A DNA stretch of 64,000 bases from a bacterium (GTDB lineage Bacteria; Hinthialibacterota; Hinthialibacteria; Hinthialibacterales; Hinthialibacteraceae): NCBI GenBank assembly GCA_963662285.2, contig CAXXMV010000006.1:1792001-1856000 (forward strand). Reading direction: 5' to 3'. Shown here one piece after another: positions 1 to 9,347 of this stretch. The position numbers were made by a program, and so were the translations under genes. Under the pieces are notes generated by a model that was not told the DNA's origin, did not search any database, and saw only the letters and a list, made by a program, of their open reading frames with translations. Position 1 is the first letter of the stretch. Each line of letters starts with the position of its first letter.

Positions 1-1
1 A

Positions 2-1810
2 ATATCACCTATTGCTTTGTTGTTTCCTATTGTTTTGGGTAATAATATATTTATGTCTTTGACTACGTATCAAATGCTTAATATTCATTTACTCTATGCA
101 GCAACGGTTATTACCATTCTGGTCATTCTATGCTTATCGCGATTACAACCGCAAATGAATTTAGGTTTTGATAAATACCATGATCGTTTGGATGATTTAT
201 TTACAAAATTATTAACGCCATTGAGCCGGGTAATGGGGAATCCTCTGTTTCTGATTTTTTTTACTCTGACTCTATATGGATTATGGTCTTTCATATACAT
301 TTTCAATAATTCACATATCGGTTTTGTTCCTAATCCTGATTTTAATTGCATAATTTTGTTGATAATGTGCATTGCGGTTGGCTTGTTTTTTCCTTTATGT
401 TGCAGCGTTAAATATTATCTTCTATGGAAAGAGGAACCCTGGGATAAAATCGGTTCGACTCCGCAAAGTTTGCGCCGATTTCTCTTTCATCAATACAAAG
501 AACCATTGAAAACGTTTTTTATTCTGTATTTAGTTTTCAGCCCATTGCTTGGATATTTTGCATTTATATCTCCTATAATTTTATATTTTAGAATAGGATC
601 ATTCCTTTTTTTCACTGAAGGAGTTTTGGCTATTGCCGTAATCTGCATGTGCTGTTCGTTGATGGTGAAAAGACTGCTATCAGTTTTCCTTCTTTCAATA
701 GTGGGCTGTTTATCATATTTCCTTTTCGCTCCCTTATTATTTATACCTGCAAGTGAAGATTTGGGTTCTGCTATATCGCCAGTTTCTTTAGCCATGCAAG
801 TTCTGAAAGAACCATCAGCAATTTGGTATTTAATGTCCACTAATTTGCTTTATTCAGTAATCTTGTTCGTATCAGCCGTTCTCTTTTGCCAATGGAGAGT
901 ATTGCAATTAGCAGGGCAATTCGAGGAAGAATCGGTTATGCAATGGTTTAAGCGTACTATTTATAATAAGATTCCCAAAATCCAACGCACCGCCCGAAGA
1001 ATCAGCATCCCCTTTTTCCCAGATAACCGGAATCCCATAATGATCAGGGAACTGCGTGAATCATTTCTTTATAAACGTAAGAATCTAGTTAGAATGTTAT
1101 TATTTTTATTTCTTGGCAGTTCGTTGTTTTTCTGTTTTATTCCTATGACATTAAGGTCAAAATATACTTCGCTTTTGCATGGGATTAATTACATACTGAT
1201 ATGGGCTGTATTGTTTATTCCGTTCTTTGTCGCTCCCTTTGCAGCTAGTTCATTCAGGAAAGAACGGGATCAATCCACCTGGGATTTGATTTGTACAACA
1301 ACTCTCTCACCGCTGAAAATCCTCCATGGCAAAATATTGGCTTCGTTCAGCCATTCAATAGTACGCTATGCAGTTTTCTTCTTTCCAATTGCTATAACTG
1401 CCTGGATTGCAGTATCTTATGCTGGCCGTGACAGTGCTCGAATTATCGAGATTTTTTATAATTCCATCATAATTTCGCTGGTCTTCGCCAGTTTTATGTT
1501 GATGTTTTCCATCATGATGTCGGTAATAATGGATAAGACGGTTGGAACTTATATCGCTTCTTTTTTCGTAGGAATTTTAATCATGGCATGTCCCATTATC
1601 TTATTTGCACTCTTTGGACAGACTATTAAAATGATGGAACTGGCAAGTAAAATATCTCCCCCATTTTTAATAGGTTCATTAGCATGGGAGAATAACTCAA
1701 GTTGGATAACGTCATCTTATCATACCTTCCTAGTGTCATACAGCATCCTCACAATCCTTTGCTATTTTCTCAGCCTGTTTTATATAAAACGCTATGAATA
1801 CCGGGATTGA
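2..1810 (+). CDS. ABC-2-type permease-like multi-pass membrane protein (probably 5'-partial)
   Basis: Many TM segments. Motifs NPIMIRELRE and FRKERDQSTWDLICTTTLSP..ILHGK are typical of ABC-2 permease-like families. The frame is open from base 2, so the true start may lie upstream of the window. Confidence 0.7.
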   Translation: MSPIALLFPIVLGNNIFMSLTTYQMLNIHLLYAATVITILVILCLSRLQPQMNLGFDKYHDRLDDLFTKLLTPLSRVMGNPLFLIFFTLTLYGLWSFIYIFNNSHIGFVPNPDFNCIILLIMCIAVGLFFPLCCSVKYYLLWKEEPWDKIGSTPQSLRRFLFHQYKEPLKTFFILYLVFSPLLGYFAFISPIILYFRIGSFLFFTEGVLAIAVICMCCSLMVKRLLSVFLLSIVGCLSYFLFAPLLFIPASEDLGSAISPVSLAMQVLKEPSAIWYLMSTNLLYSVILFVSAVLFCQWRVLQLAGQFEEESVMQWFKRTIYNKIPKIQRTARRISIPFFPDNRNPIMIRELRESFLYKRKNLVRMLLFLFLGSSLFFCFIPMTLRSKYTSLLHGINYILIWAVLFIPFFVAPFAASSFRKERDQSTWDLICTTTLSPLKILHGKILASFSHSIVRYAVFFFPIAITAWIAVSYAGRDSARIIEIFYNSIIISLVFASFMLMFSIMMSVIMDKTVGTYIASFFVGILIMACPIILFALFGQTIKMMELASKISPPFLIGSLAWENNSSWITSSYHTFLVSYSILTILCYFLSLFYIKRYEYRD

Positions 1811-1897
1811 CATGGCGCCGGAAAGTTAATGAAATACACATGATGAAATTAGCGTATAATATTATGAAGAAGGCATTCCGATATTGAGGAGTTATTC

Positions 1898-2122
1898 ATG
1901 TTTGACGAAATTACAAGCAAGCGGGTGAAATTGATATCGCTTTGCATAGTTCTCTTGATGTTTGGAGTTTTTCTGGGCAAGAACTATACTCCGACAGCGG
2001 TCTGGATATTCTTCTGGACTCCCACTGTTCCCCTGATCGTAATCGCGTTGTTATGTTTCCTGCTGGGAGGCTTCTGCGGTTGGGCGTTAACTTATTTCAT
2101 GAAAAAACGGATTGATTTTTAA
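1898..2122 (+). CDS. Small two-TM protein, LapA/DUF1049-like
   Basis: TM-N..P..V.IFFW...PL-TM(GF.GW) pattern; GAGGAG RBS upstream. Confidence 0.6.
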   Translation: MFDEITSKRVKLISLCIVLLMFGVFLGKNYTPTAVWIFFWTPTVPLIVIALLCFLLGGFCGWALTYFMKKRIDF

Positions 2123-2218
2123 CCTTGGCGGCCACGCAGAAGAAAGTTATACATAGATATCTTGCTGGTTACCGATATAAAATTTCAGAACCGCTTTATT
2201 CCTCGATTGTTTGATCTT

Positions 2219-2551
2219 CTATTTAACTGAATCGACCGCCGACTCAACCGACTCGAACATAGGAAACATAGAATCCAGATTAGTTGTATGGAAAATCCTG
2301 CTGACATGTTCATTGGCGTTGGCAAATACAATCTTACCGTCTCCAAGAGACTTATAAGCAGATAGAAAAATAGATAATGCCTTACTATTTAAACTATCCA
2401 TCTGTTGGCAATCAACAACTATCTTTTTTTTCCCTTCACGCAGCACCCGGTTAAGAGCTGATTTTAATGTCGATACATCTGAAAACGATATTGACCCAGA
2501 AACCTTGAACAGCGTCACATCTCCAACAGCAGATTTCTCTAGGCGCATCAT
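2219..2551 (-). CDS. STAS-domain anti-sigma factor antagonist
   Basis: 110 aa STAS pattern (IVVDCQQMDSLNSKALS ... HTTNLD.MFP.FESVE.A). Confidence 0.85.
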   Translation of the reverse strand: MMRLEKSAVGDVTLFKVSGSISFSDVSTLKSALNRVLREGKKKIVVDCQQMDSLNSKALSIFLSAYKSLGDGKIVFANANEHVSRIFHTTNLDSMFPMFESVESAVDSVK

Positions 2552-2841
2552 AGCCCGAACCTCAACTTAATTAACCCAATTTTTGATTAACAGTATTGAA
2601 TACTCTCCAATCAATACCCTTATTTCAACATAAAATTGATAAATTAGCAATCGATATTTTCAAAAGATTGGAAAAAGTTAGAATATTTCCTACCTATCTA
2701 TAAAAAAATCATAACTTATACTGCAAAGTAAGGCGTTTTTCTGCATGCAGCCATAGATTATGAAGATATATTTTGCTTACCATAATATAATTATTGTTAT
2801 AATAATGTTCACGTTTGGCCATTATTCATAGGAGTTTTATT

Positions 2842-5412
2842 ATGTCGCGGCGTAATCATCTATTATTATTCTTGTTATTGATTCTTAGTGCACCGGCCAT
2901 AAGCGCTGATATACCAGCCCCTAAAGATGCTATTGGATTTGAGGTTGGCGCTGATTATAAATTAGCCCGCTGGGAGCAAATCGTAGACTATTTTAAGGCG
3001 GTCGGCTCTCAATCAGATAGGGTATTAGTCAATGAAATTGGCCGTAGTACTGAAGATAATCCCTATATTATGGCTGCCATCGCCTCTCCGGATGTGATTA
3101 AGCAACTAGATAAATACCAGGACATGCAGCAGAAACTGTCTCATCCAGGCGGTTTAAGTGAAGATGAGAAGCAAAATCTACTAAAAAAATCCAAATCTGT
3201 GATTATGGTCTCATGCGCTTTACATTCAAACGAGATTGCTTCCTCGCAGATGGCTATGGAACTGTTGTATGAATTAGCCACCCGGAATGATGCCAAAACC
3301 AAGGAAATACTTGATAATACTATTGTTCTGCTGGTTCCTTCCGCTAATCCTGACGGCATCAACAAAATTATCGATTGGTATGAAAGCAGTTTGGATAAAC
3401 CTTGGGAAGGCAGCGGTATGCCCTGGTTGTATCAAAAGTACTGTGGACATGATAACAACCGCGACTGGTTTATGCTTTCTCAGAAAGAATCACAAATTCT
3501 GACCAAAGTGTTATATCACCAATGGTATCCAAGCATCATTTATGACATTCATCAGATGGGCAGCGAGGGCTGCCGCTTTTTCGTTCCCCCGTTTTTTGAT
3601 CCGATCAGCCCCAATGTCGACCCATTAATACACGAGTCGCTTAAATTGATCGGCGGCGCCATGACTTCCCAGTTTGCTGCAGAAGGTAAAAGAGGAATAA
3701 TCAGCAATGCTATCTACGATAACTGGTGGCATGGCGGCAACCGTACTACGCCCTATCGCCATAATATTGTGGGACTTCTGACCGAAGCGGCCAGCCCGCG
3801 CGTCGCTTCGCCGATTTTCCAACGCGAATCAGACCTCTCAGGACATTCGCGCGGTCTGCCTAAATATAGTCCCCAGGTTAACTTCGCCGATCCCTGGCCG
3901 GGAGGCTGGTGGCGTCTGCGGGATGTTGTTGAATATGAAAAGACCGCCTGTTACGCCTTATTCACGCTTGGGGCGCGTTATCGCTCTGAATTCAACCGTA
4001 ATTATATGGCAATGGGAGAAAAAGCCATCCGCTTGGGTAAGGAAGAACCGCCTTTCGCTTACCTTGTTCCACCAACCCAACGAGATTTCCCCTCAGCTAT
4101 ACGCTTGTTACAGATACTTCATTTGGGCGGTATTGAGATAGATATCGCTCAGGAATCGTTCAAAGCGGATGGCGTTGAGTATCCTAAAGATACGTATGTC
4201 ATCTATGCCGCGCAACCCTATCGCAACCATATCCGCGACTTGCTTGATCCCCAGGAGTATCCTGACCGGAAGCAATATCCTGGCGGCCCGGCGGAAGCGC
4301 CATATGATATGGCTGGTTGGACATTGTCTTACCAAATGGGAGTTAGGGCCGTCCGGATTAAAAGCGTTTTTGAAGCCAAGACGCAGCATTTGGATCGCAT
4401 CGAACAACCCAAAGGCTCTATCACGGGTGAGGGAACTATCTTTTTATCTACCAATCAAACCACCAACGATTTTATCATGTTGAATCGTGCGCTGAAGAAA
4501 GATATTCATACGGTTGTTTTGAAAGGACTTAAAACAGAAGAAAAGCTTAATACTTCAGGATCAATCGTATATCTACCTAAAGCAGACGCAGAACATTGGA
4601 TTAAAGAATGGGCTGAAGAATTGGGATTACATCTGCAATCAATGAAAAACGTTCCCAGCGGTTTTGATTCAATCAAGATAGAAAAACCGCGCATCGCTTT
4701 GTATCAACCTTGGACGGCCAGCATGGATGAAGGCTGGACCCGTTTTAGCCTGGAGCAATTTGAATTTGATTATACATCATTGCACAATGCAGAAATTCAG
4801 GCGGGTGAATTGAACCAACGCTATGACGTGATCCTGATTCCCGACCTGGGAATCAGCAGCATCCTCGATGGACTCAAAACTAATACCACTGCTCCACAAT
4901 ATACTGGCGGCATAGGTGAAGAGGGCGTTGCTCAATTACAAAAATTTGTCGCTAATGGAGGGCGCTTGTTGTGTATTGATAGTTCAACAGCCTTTGCTAT
5001 AAAGTATTTTGACTTGCCAGTCAAGAATGTACTAGCCGGATTGAAAAGCACTGATTTTTATTGTCCCGGATCGATCCTGCGCATCAGCCTTGATCAAGAA
5101 CTACCGATTGCTTATGGCATGGATCAATACGCCGGGGCCTGTTTCAAGCATTCGTTAGCCTATGAAGCGATCGAGACTAAAAAGAATTTGACCGGAGTAA
5201 AAGTTGGTAATCCAATTATCTCAGCAGTGTACGATAATACCTTGCCGTTGATGAGCGGTTGGGTTCTAGGCGCTCATCATCTACACGGGAAAGCTGCAAT
5301 TATGACGGTTCCCTATGGTGAAGGGGATATTGTACTGTATGGCTTCCGTGTGCAGAACCGCGCTCAAACGCATGGGACGTACCGCTTGTTATTTAACGGA
5401 TTGCTGTATTAG
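2842..5412 (+). CDS. Secreted M14-family zinc carboxypeptidase with C-terminal glutamine-amidotransferase-like domain
   Basis: Signal peptide; LHSNE (HxxE), NPDG, GHDNNRDW, DIHQMG motifs; AGGAG RBS before ATG 2842. Confidence 0.85.
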   Translation: MSRRNHLLLFLLLILSAPAISADIPAPKDAIGFEVGADYKLARWEQIVDYFKAVGSQSDRVLVNEIGRSTEDNPYIMAAIASPDVIKQLDKYQDMQQKLSHPGGLSEDEKQNLLKKSKSVIMVSCALHSNEIASSQMAMELLYELATRNDAKTKEILDNTIVLLVPSANPDGINKIIDWYESSLDKPWEGSGMPWLYQKYCGHDNNRDWFMLSQKESQILTKVLYHQWYPSIIYDIHQMGSEGCRFFVPPFFDPISPNVDPLIHESLKLIGGAMTSQFAAEGKRGIISNAIYDNWWHGGNRTTPYRHNIVGLLTEAASPRVASPIFQRESDLSGHSRGLPKYSPQVNFADPWPGGWWRLRDVVEYEKTACYALFTLGARYRSEFNRNYMAMGEKAIRLGKEEPPFAYLVPPTQRDFPSAIRLLQILHLGGIEIDIAQESFKADGVEYPKDTYVIYAAQPYRNHIRDLLDPQEYPDRKQYPGGPAEAPYDMAGWTLSYQMGVRAVRIKSVFEAKTQHLDRIEQPKGSITGEGTIFLSTNQTTNDFIMLNRALKKDIHTVVLKGLKTEEKLNTSGSIVYLPKADAEHWIKEWAEELGLHLQSMKNVPSGFDSIKIEKPRIALYQPWTASMDEGWTRFSLEQFEFDYTSLHNAEIQAGELNQRYDVILIPDLGISSILDGLKTNTTAPQYTGGIGEEGVAQLQKFVANGGRLLCIDSSTAFAIKYFDLPVKNVLAGLKSTDFYCPGSILRISLDQELPIAYGMDQYAGACFKHSLAYEAIETKKNLTGVKVGNPIISAVYDNTLPLMSGWVLGAHHLHGKAAIMTVPYGEGDIVLYGFRVQNRAQTHGTYRLLFNGLLY

Positions 5413-6151
5413 CCAGTTCAACCACCCGGCTAATACGCTCCTGGTCGGTAATGGAGATTTCATATTCTGAATTATCCGGGTGACCTCCCATGGAAACATG
5501 GGGATTGCGATAGGTCATTTGGCTATTGATGGTTTTACGGCAGGATGCGTGACATTCTCTTACGCCAGTTTTTTGAATGATTTCGACGATGTTATCTTCA
5601 TTAACGCCGCTGCCCGGCATAATGCGGATGCGTCCGGCGGAGCATTGAACCAGCCGGGCGATTAATTCGATCCCATCGATGGCTTGGTTCCTCTGGCCGG
5701 AAGTGAGGATGCGATCCAGCCCCAGCTCAATCAGGTCATCAAGCGCTTTGAGCGGATCAGAGGTCATATCGAAAGCCCGATGAAAGGTGGTTTGCATGGG
5801 ATGCGCCAGCTCGACAAGTTTACGGTTGCGCGGCATATCGATCTGACCATCAGGCGTCAATATACCAAACACCACCCCGTCGCAACCGCAGTCTTTAGCG
5901 GTTTGAATATCGCGCTGCATGATATCGAATTCAATTTGTGAATAACAGAAATCGCCGCCCCTAGGACGTATAATGGGGAAAACTTGAATCTGTAATTTCT
6001 CCCGCGCTGTTTGCATGGCGCCTGAACTGGGAGTCGTCCCGCCTTCGATCAGGTTATCACACAATTCAATTCTCCCGGCGCCGCCGTGCTGGGCGGCCAG
6101 AGCGGATTCCACAGAATTAGCGCATACTTCCAATGTGAAAATATCAGGCAT
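5393..6151 (-). CDS. cutC: Copper homeostasis protein CutC
   Basis: LEVCA, RIELC..L..GGTTPS, IRPRGGDF, TFHRAFD, RILTSG motifs. Confidence 0.95.
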   Translation of the reverse strand: MPDIFTLEVCANSVESALAAQHGGAGRIELCDNLIEGGTTPSSGAMQTAREKLQIQVFPIIRPRGGDFCYSQIEFDIMQRDIQTAKDCGCDGVVFGILTPDGQIDMPRNRKLVELAHPMQTTFHRAFDMTSDPLKALDDLIELGLDRILTSGQRNQAIDGIELIARLVQCSAGRIRIMPGSGVNEDNIVEIIQKTGVRECHASCRKTINSQMTYRNPHVSMGGHPDNSEYEISITDQERISRVVELANTAIR

Positions 6152-6335
6152 AATAGTCTTTCTTGATAGGATGGTTTTTAAGATTTTATCTTGAAATAAA
6201 TTCCAATACCAGAAGCAGAATAAATCATACGATATTATATATTAATCATATTGACTTATCTATATTTATGTTTTAGATTACAAATCATGTTGCTTTATAA
6301 TATTGTGATGCAAAATTAAAGGGGTTGCGCTTCTC

Positions 6336-7296
6336 ATGGTTAGACAAGGAAATATCACAACTGAAGCGCTGAATGTTTTGGCCTCACGTATTCTGGCGCT
6401 CCTTAGTTCAGGCAAGCCCACAGAGAGGATGATTACCGATGTCGTTTTGCTGGTGCAGGAAGCGACCGGAATGGAAAGCGTTGGTCTGCGTCTGGCGCAA
6501 GAACCGGATTTCCCCTATTACTATACCAGTGGTTTTGATCAGGATTTCGTAGAGAAGGAGATGCACCTCTGCGCGGTGGATCAGTTAGGGGAAATCATCC
6601 GTGACTCAGATGGCAATCCCGTGCTCGAATGCATGTGCGGCAACGTCATCTGCGGAAGGACGAATCCATCACTGCCGTTTTTTACAGAAGGGGGCAGTTT
6701 CTGGTCGAACTGTACAACTGAATTGCTGGCTTCGACCACAGAAGAGGATCGCCAGTCAAGAACCAGGAACCGCTGTAATAGCGAAGGATACGAATCAGTT
6801 GCTCTTATCCCTGTTAAGGCTGCTGGGAAATGCTTCGGGCTTCTGCAACTCAATGATCACCGCAAGGATATGTTCACAAAAGAACTGATTTGCTTCCTTG
6901 AAGGAGTGACCGTGAATATCGGTCTCCTTTTCTCAATGCATAAGATGACGGAACAACTGGCGAAGAAACAGCCAGGCTGCTGATATCAGCCGCACCGTAA
7001 CCGTGCGAAGTGAATTGCTGAAAAGACTGGCCGATGAACTCAAGGGGAAAAGTAAAGAACTGACCGCTAAACGTAAAGAGAGCATACTGACCAAAATCGA
7101 CTCTATCCTGGATGAAGTGGAAACCCTGCAAGGAATAGTGCCGATATGCTGCGTCTGCAAGCGCGTCAGGATTGACACGGACTACTGGACCCAGGTGGAA
7201 GCATTCGTCCGTAACAGAAGCAAACTGGAATTTTCCCATACCTACTGCCCGGTATGCGCCGCCAAAGCGCTTGAGGAACTGGATAAGAAGGAGTAG
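6336..7296 (+). pseudogene. Cys-rich GAF sensor plus C-terminal CxxC...HxxCPxC module, split by a net +1 frameshift near 6950-6980
   Basis: ORF 6336..6983 is a GAF domain. The frame of ORF 7003..7296 is open back to 6949 (…SQAADISRTV…) and ends in LQGIVPICCVCKRVR…FSHTYCPVC, a module normally C-terminal on sensor proteins. Confidence 0.65.
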
Positions 7297-7326
7297 TAAC
7301 AACTTTTAGGCTGCATAAAACTCAAT

Positions 7327-7791
7327 ATGCTAAAAATCAAACCGCATCATTTCATAGACATCATAACCAAATTCGGAGACGGCTGCGAGAAATTTAATCC
7401 GCATCCTTATGGTCATGCGGTGCATAGTGTGGCAGAGGAAATTCTGGCTGACCGGGATATTGATATTTGCATTGAACTGGGGATTGATGATATCTGCCTT
7501 CCTTGCAGCCATAATATTGATGGGCGCTGTGATGATATAATCGACGTTTCGTTCAGGCCGCAGGCGCCTGAGTCTAAGCATGACTATAACCTGATCATTG
7601 ATATGCGTTGGTGCGAGCGGCTTGGGCTACTGCAGGATGAGCAGTTAACCGCCCGTGAGTTTTGTTTACGCATCCGGGATTACGCTGGCGACATTGAAGA
7701 TATTTACCGGGAAACTCCTGTAGATCGAACATTGGAAAGACAGGGTAAAATGCGGAAGGGAATTGCGAAGTTTTTGGAACAAGCGAAGTAG
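7327..7791 (+). CDS. DUF1284-like His/Cys protein
   Basis: N-terminal KIKPHH, DDICLPC, C-terminal Cys; resembles DUF1284. Confidence 0.55.
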   Translation: MLKIKPHHFIDIITKFGDGCEKFNPHPYGHAVHSVAEEILADRDIDICIELGIDDICLPCSHNIDGRCDDIIDVSFRPQAPESKHDYNLIIDMRWCERLGLLQDEQLTAREFCLRIRDYAGDIEDIYRETPVDRTLERQGKMRKGIAKFLEQAK

Positions 7792-7840
7792 GATGTGATG
7801 GCGACTCAGGCTCAGTTATACCGCCGTTGCCGCCGTCATC
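7781..7840 (+). repeat. Degenerate long-loop GTAG REP
   Basis: AAGCGAAGTAGGATG followed by an imperfect stem TGATGGCGAC…GCCGCCGTCA; the first 12 nt are identical to 8621-8632. Confidence 0.45.
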
Positions 7841-7893
7841 GATATAGCATTTTGATGCTGCTTAATAAAAGGTTAATAATTAGAAGAGGCCTT

Positions 7894-7918
7894 ATGTGTA
7901 ACACATTGGTTTACACAT
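7894..7918. promoter_or_regulatory. Probable HigA operator (inverted repeat)
   Basis: ATGTGTAA-N9-TTACACAT immediately upstream of higB. Confidence 0.6.
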
Positions 7919-7943
7919 TAAGCGATTTGTGGTAACATTAAAT

Positions 7944-8219
7944 ATGATTAAGAGTTTCAGTCATATAGGTTTAAAGACACTCTTTTTGAAGGGAATCAGT
8001 TCTAAAGTGGATGCCTCTCTTCAACAACGATGTCTTATTCGTCTGGATGCAATAGACCAAGCTGAAAAATTGGCAGAACTCAACATTCCTGGATTTGATT
8101 TTCATGGTTTAGGGGGGAAACCAAAACGGTACTGCATCCATGTTAATGGTCCATGGTGTATTACTTTTGAGTGGATCGAGGGGGATGCATGGAGAGTGGA
8201 TTTAGAGCAATATCATTAG
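7944..8219 (+). CDS. higB: HigB-like RelE/ParE family toxin
   Basis: MIKSF.H.GLK, PG..FH.L.G, IHVNGPWCITFEW, VDLEQYH terminus. Confidence 0.92.
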   Translation: MIKSFSHIGLKTLFLKGISSKVDASLQQRCLIRLDAIDQAEKLAELNIPGFDFHGLGGKPKRYCIHVNGPWCITFEWIEGDAWRVDLEQYH

Positions 8220-8228
8220 GAGAACAAA

Positions 8229-8552
8229 ATGGTGGAAGAGTACTTGATTAATAAACGTCCAACCCGTGAGCCGACGCATCCGGGCGTAATTTTACGGGAC
8301 GATGTACTTCCTGCACTTGAATTGAGCGTAAGCGAAGCGGCCCGTCAACTTAGAGTATCCAGACAGACTTTACACCGTATTATGAAAGGCTCTCATGCCA
8401 TCTCTCCAGATATGGCAGTTAGATTGGGGAAATTTTGTGGAAATGGTCCAGGACTCTGGCTTCGTATGCAAATCAATTATGACTTATGGCATGCAGAAAA
8501 TGCTTTGAGAAAAGAAGTCAATATGATTCCTGCCCACACAATTAATGATTAA
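8229..8552 (+). CDS. higA: HigA antitoxin (Xre HTH)
   Basis: PTHPG.IL, LSVSEAA..L.VSRQTL, MA.RL.K.G.P..WL.MQ..YDL; toxin-first order. Confidence 0.92.
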   Translation: MVEEYLINKRPTREPTHPGVILRDDVLPALELSVSEAARQLRVSRQTLHRIMKGSHAISPDMAVRLGKFCGNGPGLWLRMQINYDLWHAENALRKEVNMIPAHTIND

Positions 8553-8608
8553 TTTATAAAAATAATCTCATTATAACTTTCGCCCATTGCCAACCGCCGG
8601 AGAATTTA

Positions 8609-8749
8609 TATTCAGCGAAGAAGCGAAGTAGGGACAAAGCAATTTAAACTCTCTCTATTTTAAGCACCTTGGCAGCGTTTCCCATCAAAACCACTGATTA
8701 GTTCAACACGATGGGACACGCTGGCGCTTTGTCCCATCCAACTTCGCTA
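8609..8749. repeat. REPIN (inverted REP doublet), GTAG family A
   Basis: Ends AGCGAAGTAGG / CCAACTTCGCT; hairpins GGGACAAAGC…GCGTTTCCCATC and GATGGGACACGC…GCTTTGTCCCATC; the left part matches 42984-43078. Confidence 0.75.
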
Positions 8750-8781
8750 ACGGCTTTGTCAGGTGCAAACTCTTGTTAGAT
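8745..8781 (-). other. Truncated attC site (cassette 4)
   Basis: Minus strand ATCTAAC AAGAGTTTGCACCTGACAAAGCC GTTAGCG (37 bp). R'' contains the gene's TAA; only the left arm is recognisable; it abuts the REPIN. Confidence 0.6.
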
Positions 8782-9247
8782 GATGCTACCGCCTTTTGGC
8801 ATCTTCAGTGCCTTCTTCAAATTCTTCGAATTGTCCGGCTTTTTGTGCATTACGAGTTTGACGTAGTACGGCATTTTCGCCTCTGTTAAGTAGGCGGTGA
8901 CCTTATAGAGCGTATCGCTAAGAAACACTTCAGCTTGACCCTCGCGAGTTGGGTAGCCGTTTTTCGATGGGCGTATTTTGCCAAATGGAATAACAGTTCC
9001 GGCAGCCTTCAGATAAGTATTCAAACCGTCCGGCAGCGGCAGACCGTTCTGCGAATATTCATAAAATGGATTCCCCGCTTTGCTCTTCTTTTGGTGCACC
9101 GCGATACGGAAAGGATCAGAGTACCGCGCACTTTCGATATGATTTTCGTCGAGAAACTCCGTCCCCAAGTCGATAAGACGAACAGGGTCTCCTGAAGAGT
9201 GCAAAAACTCGACAACTACCGATTCTGGTGCTTCGGATATTAAACAT
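8776..9247 (-). CDS. Cassette 4 hypothetical protein (start uncertain)
   Basis: ORF 8776..9204 is open upstream as LISEAPESVVVEF. The nearest ATG (9247, after AGGGGG) is one base out of frame. The stop lies inside attC R''. Confidence 0.65.
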
Positions 9248-9275
9248 ACCCCCTACTTGTAATTGACTCACATTC

Positions 9276-9347
9276 ACCTAACGACCAAGCTCACCGGCGG
9301 CAATGGAGCGCAGCGGAATTGCCGTCCGGTGGAGCGCCTTGTTAGCC
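9276..9347 (-). other. attC site (72 bp, cassette 3)
   Basis: Minus strand GGCTAAC AAGGCGCTCCACCGGACGGCAAT…ATTGCCGCCGGTGAGCTTGGTC GTTAGGT: imperfect palindrome with extrahelical bases. Confidence 0.92.

Noticed and set aside
5393-5412. Convergent 20-nt overlap of the M14 peptidase and cutC
   Set aside because: Short tail-to-tail overlaps are common.
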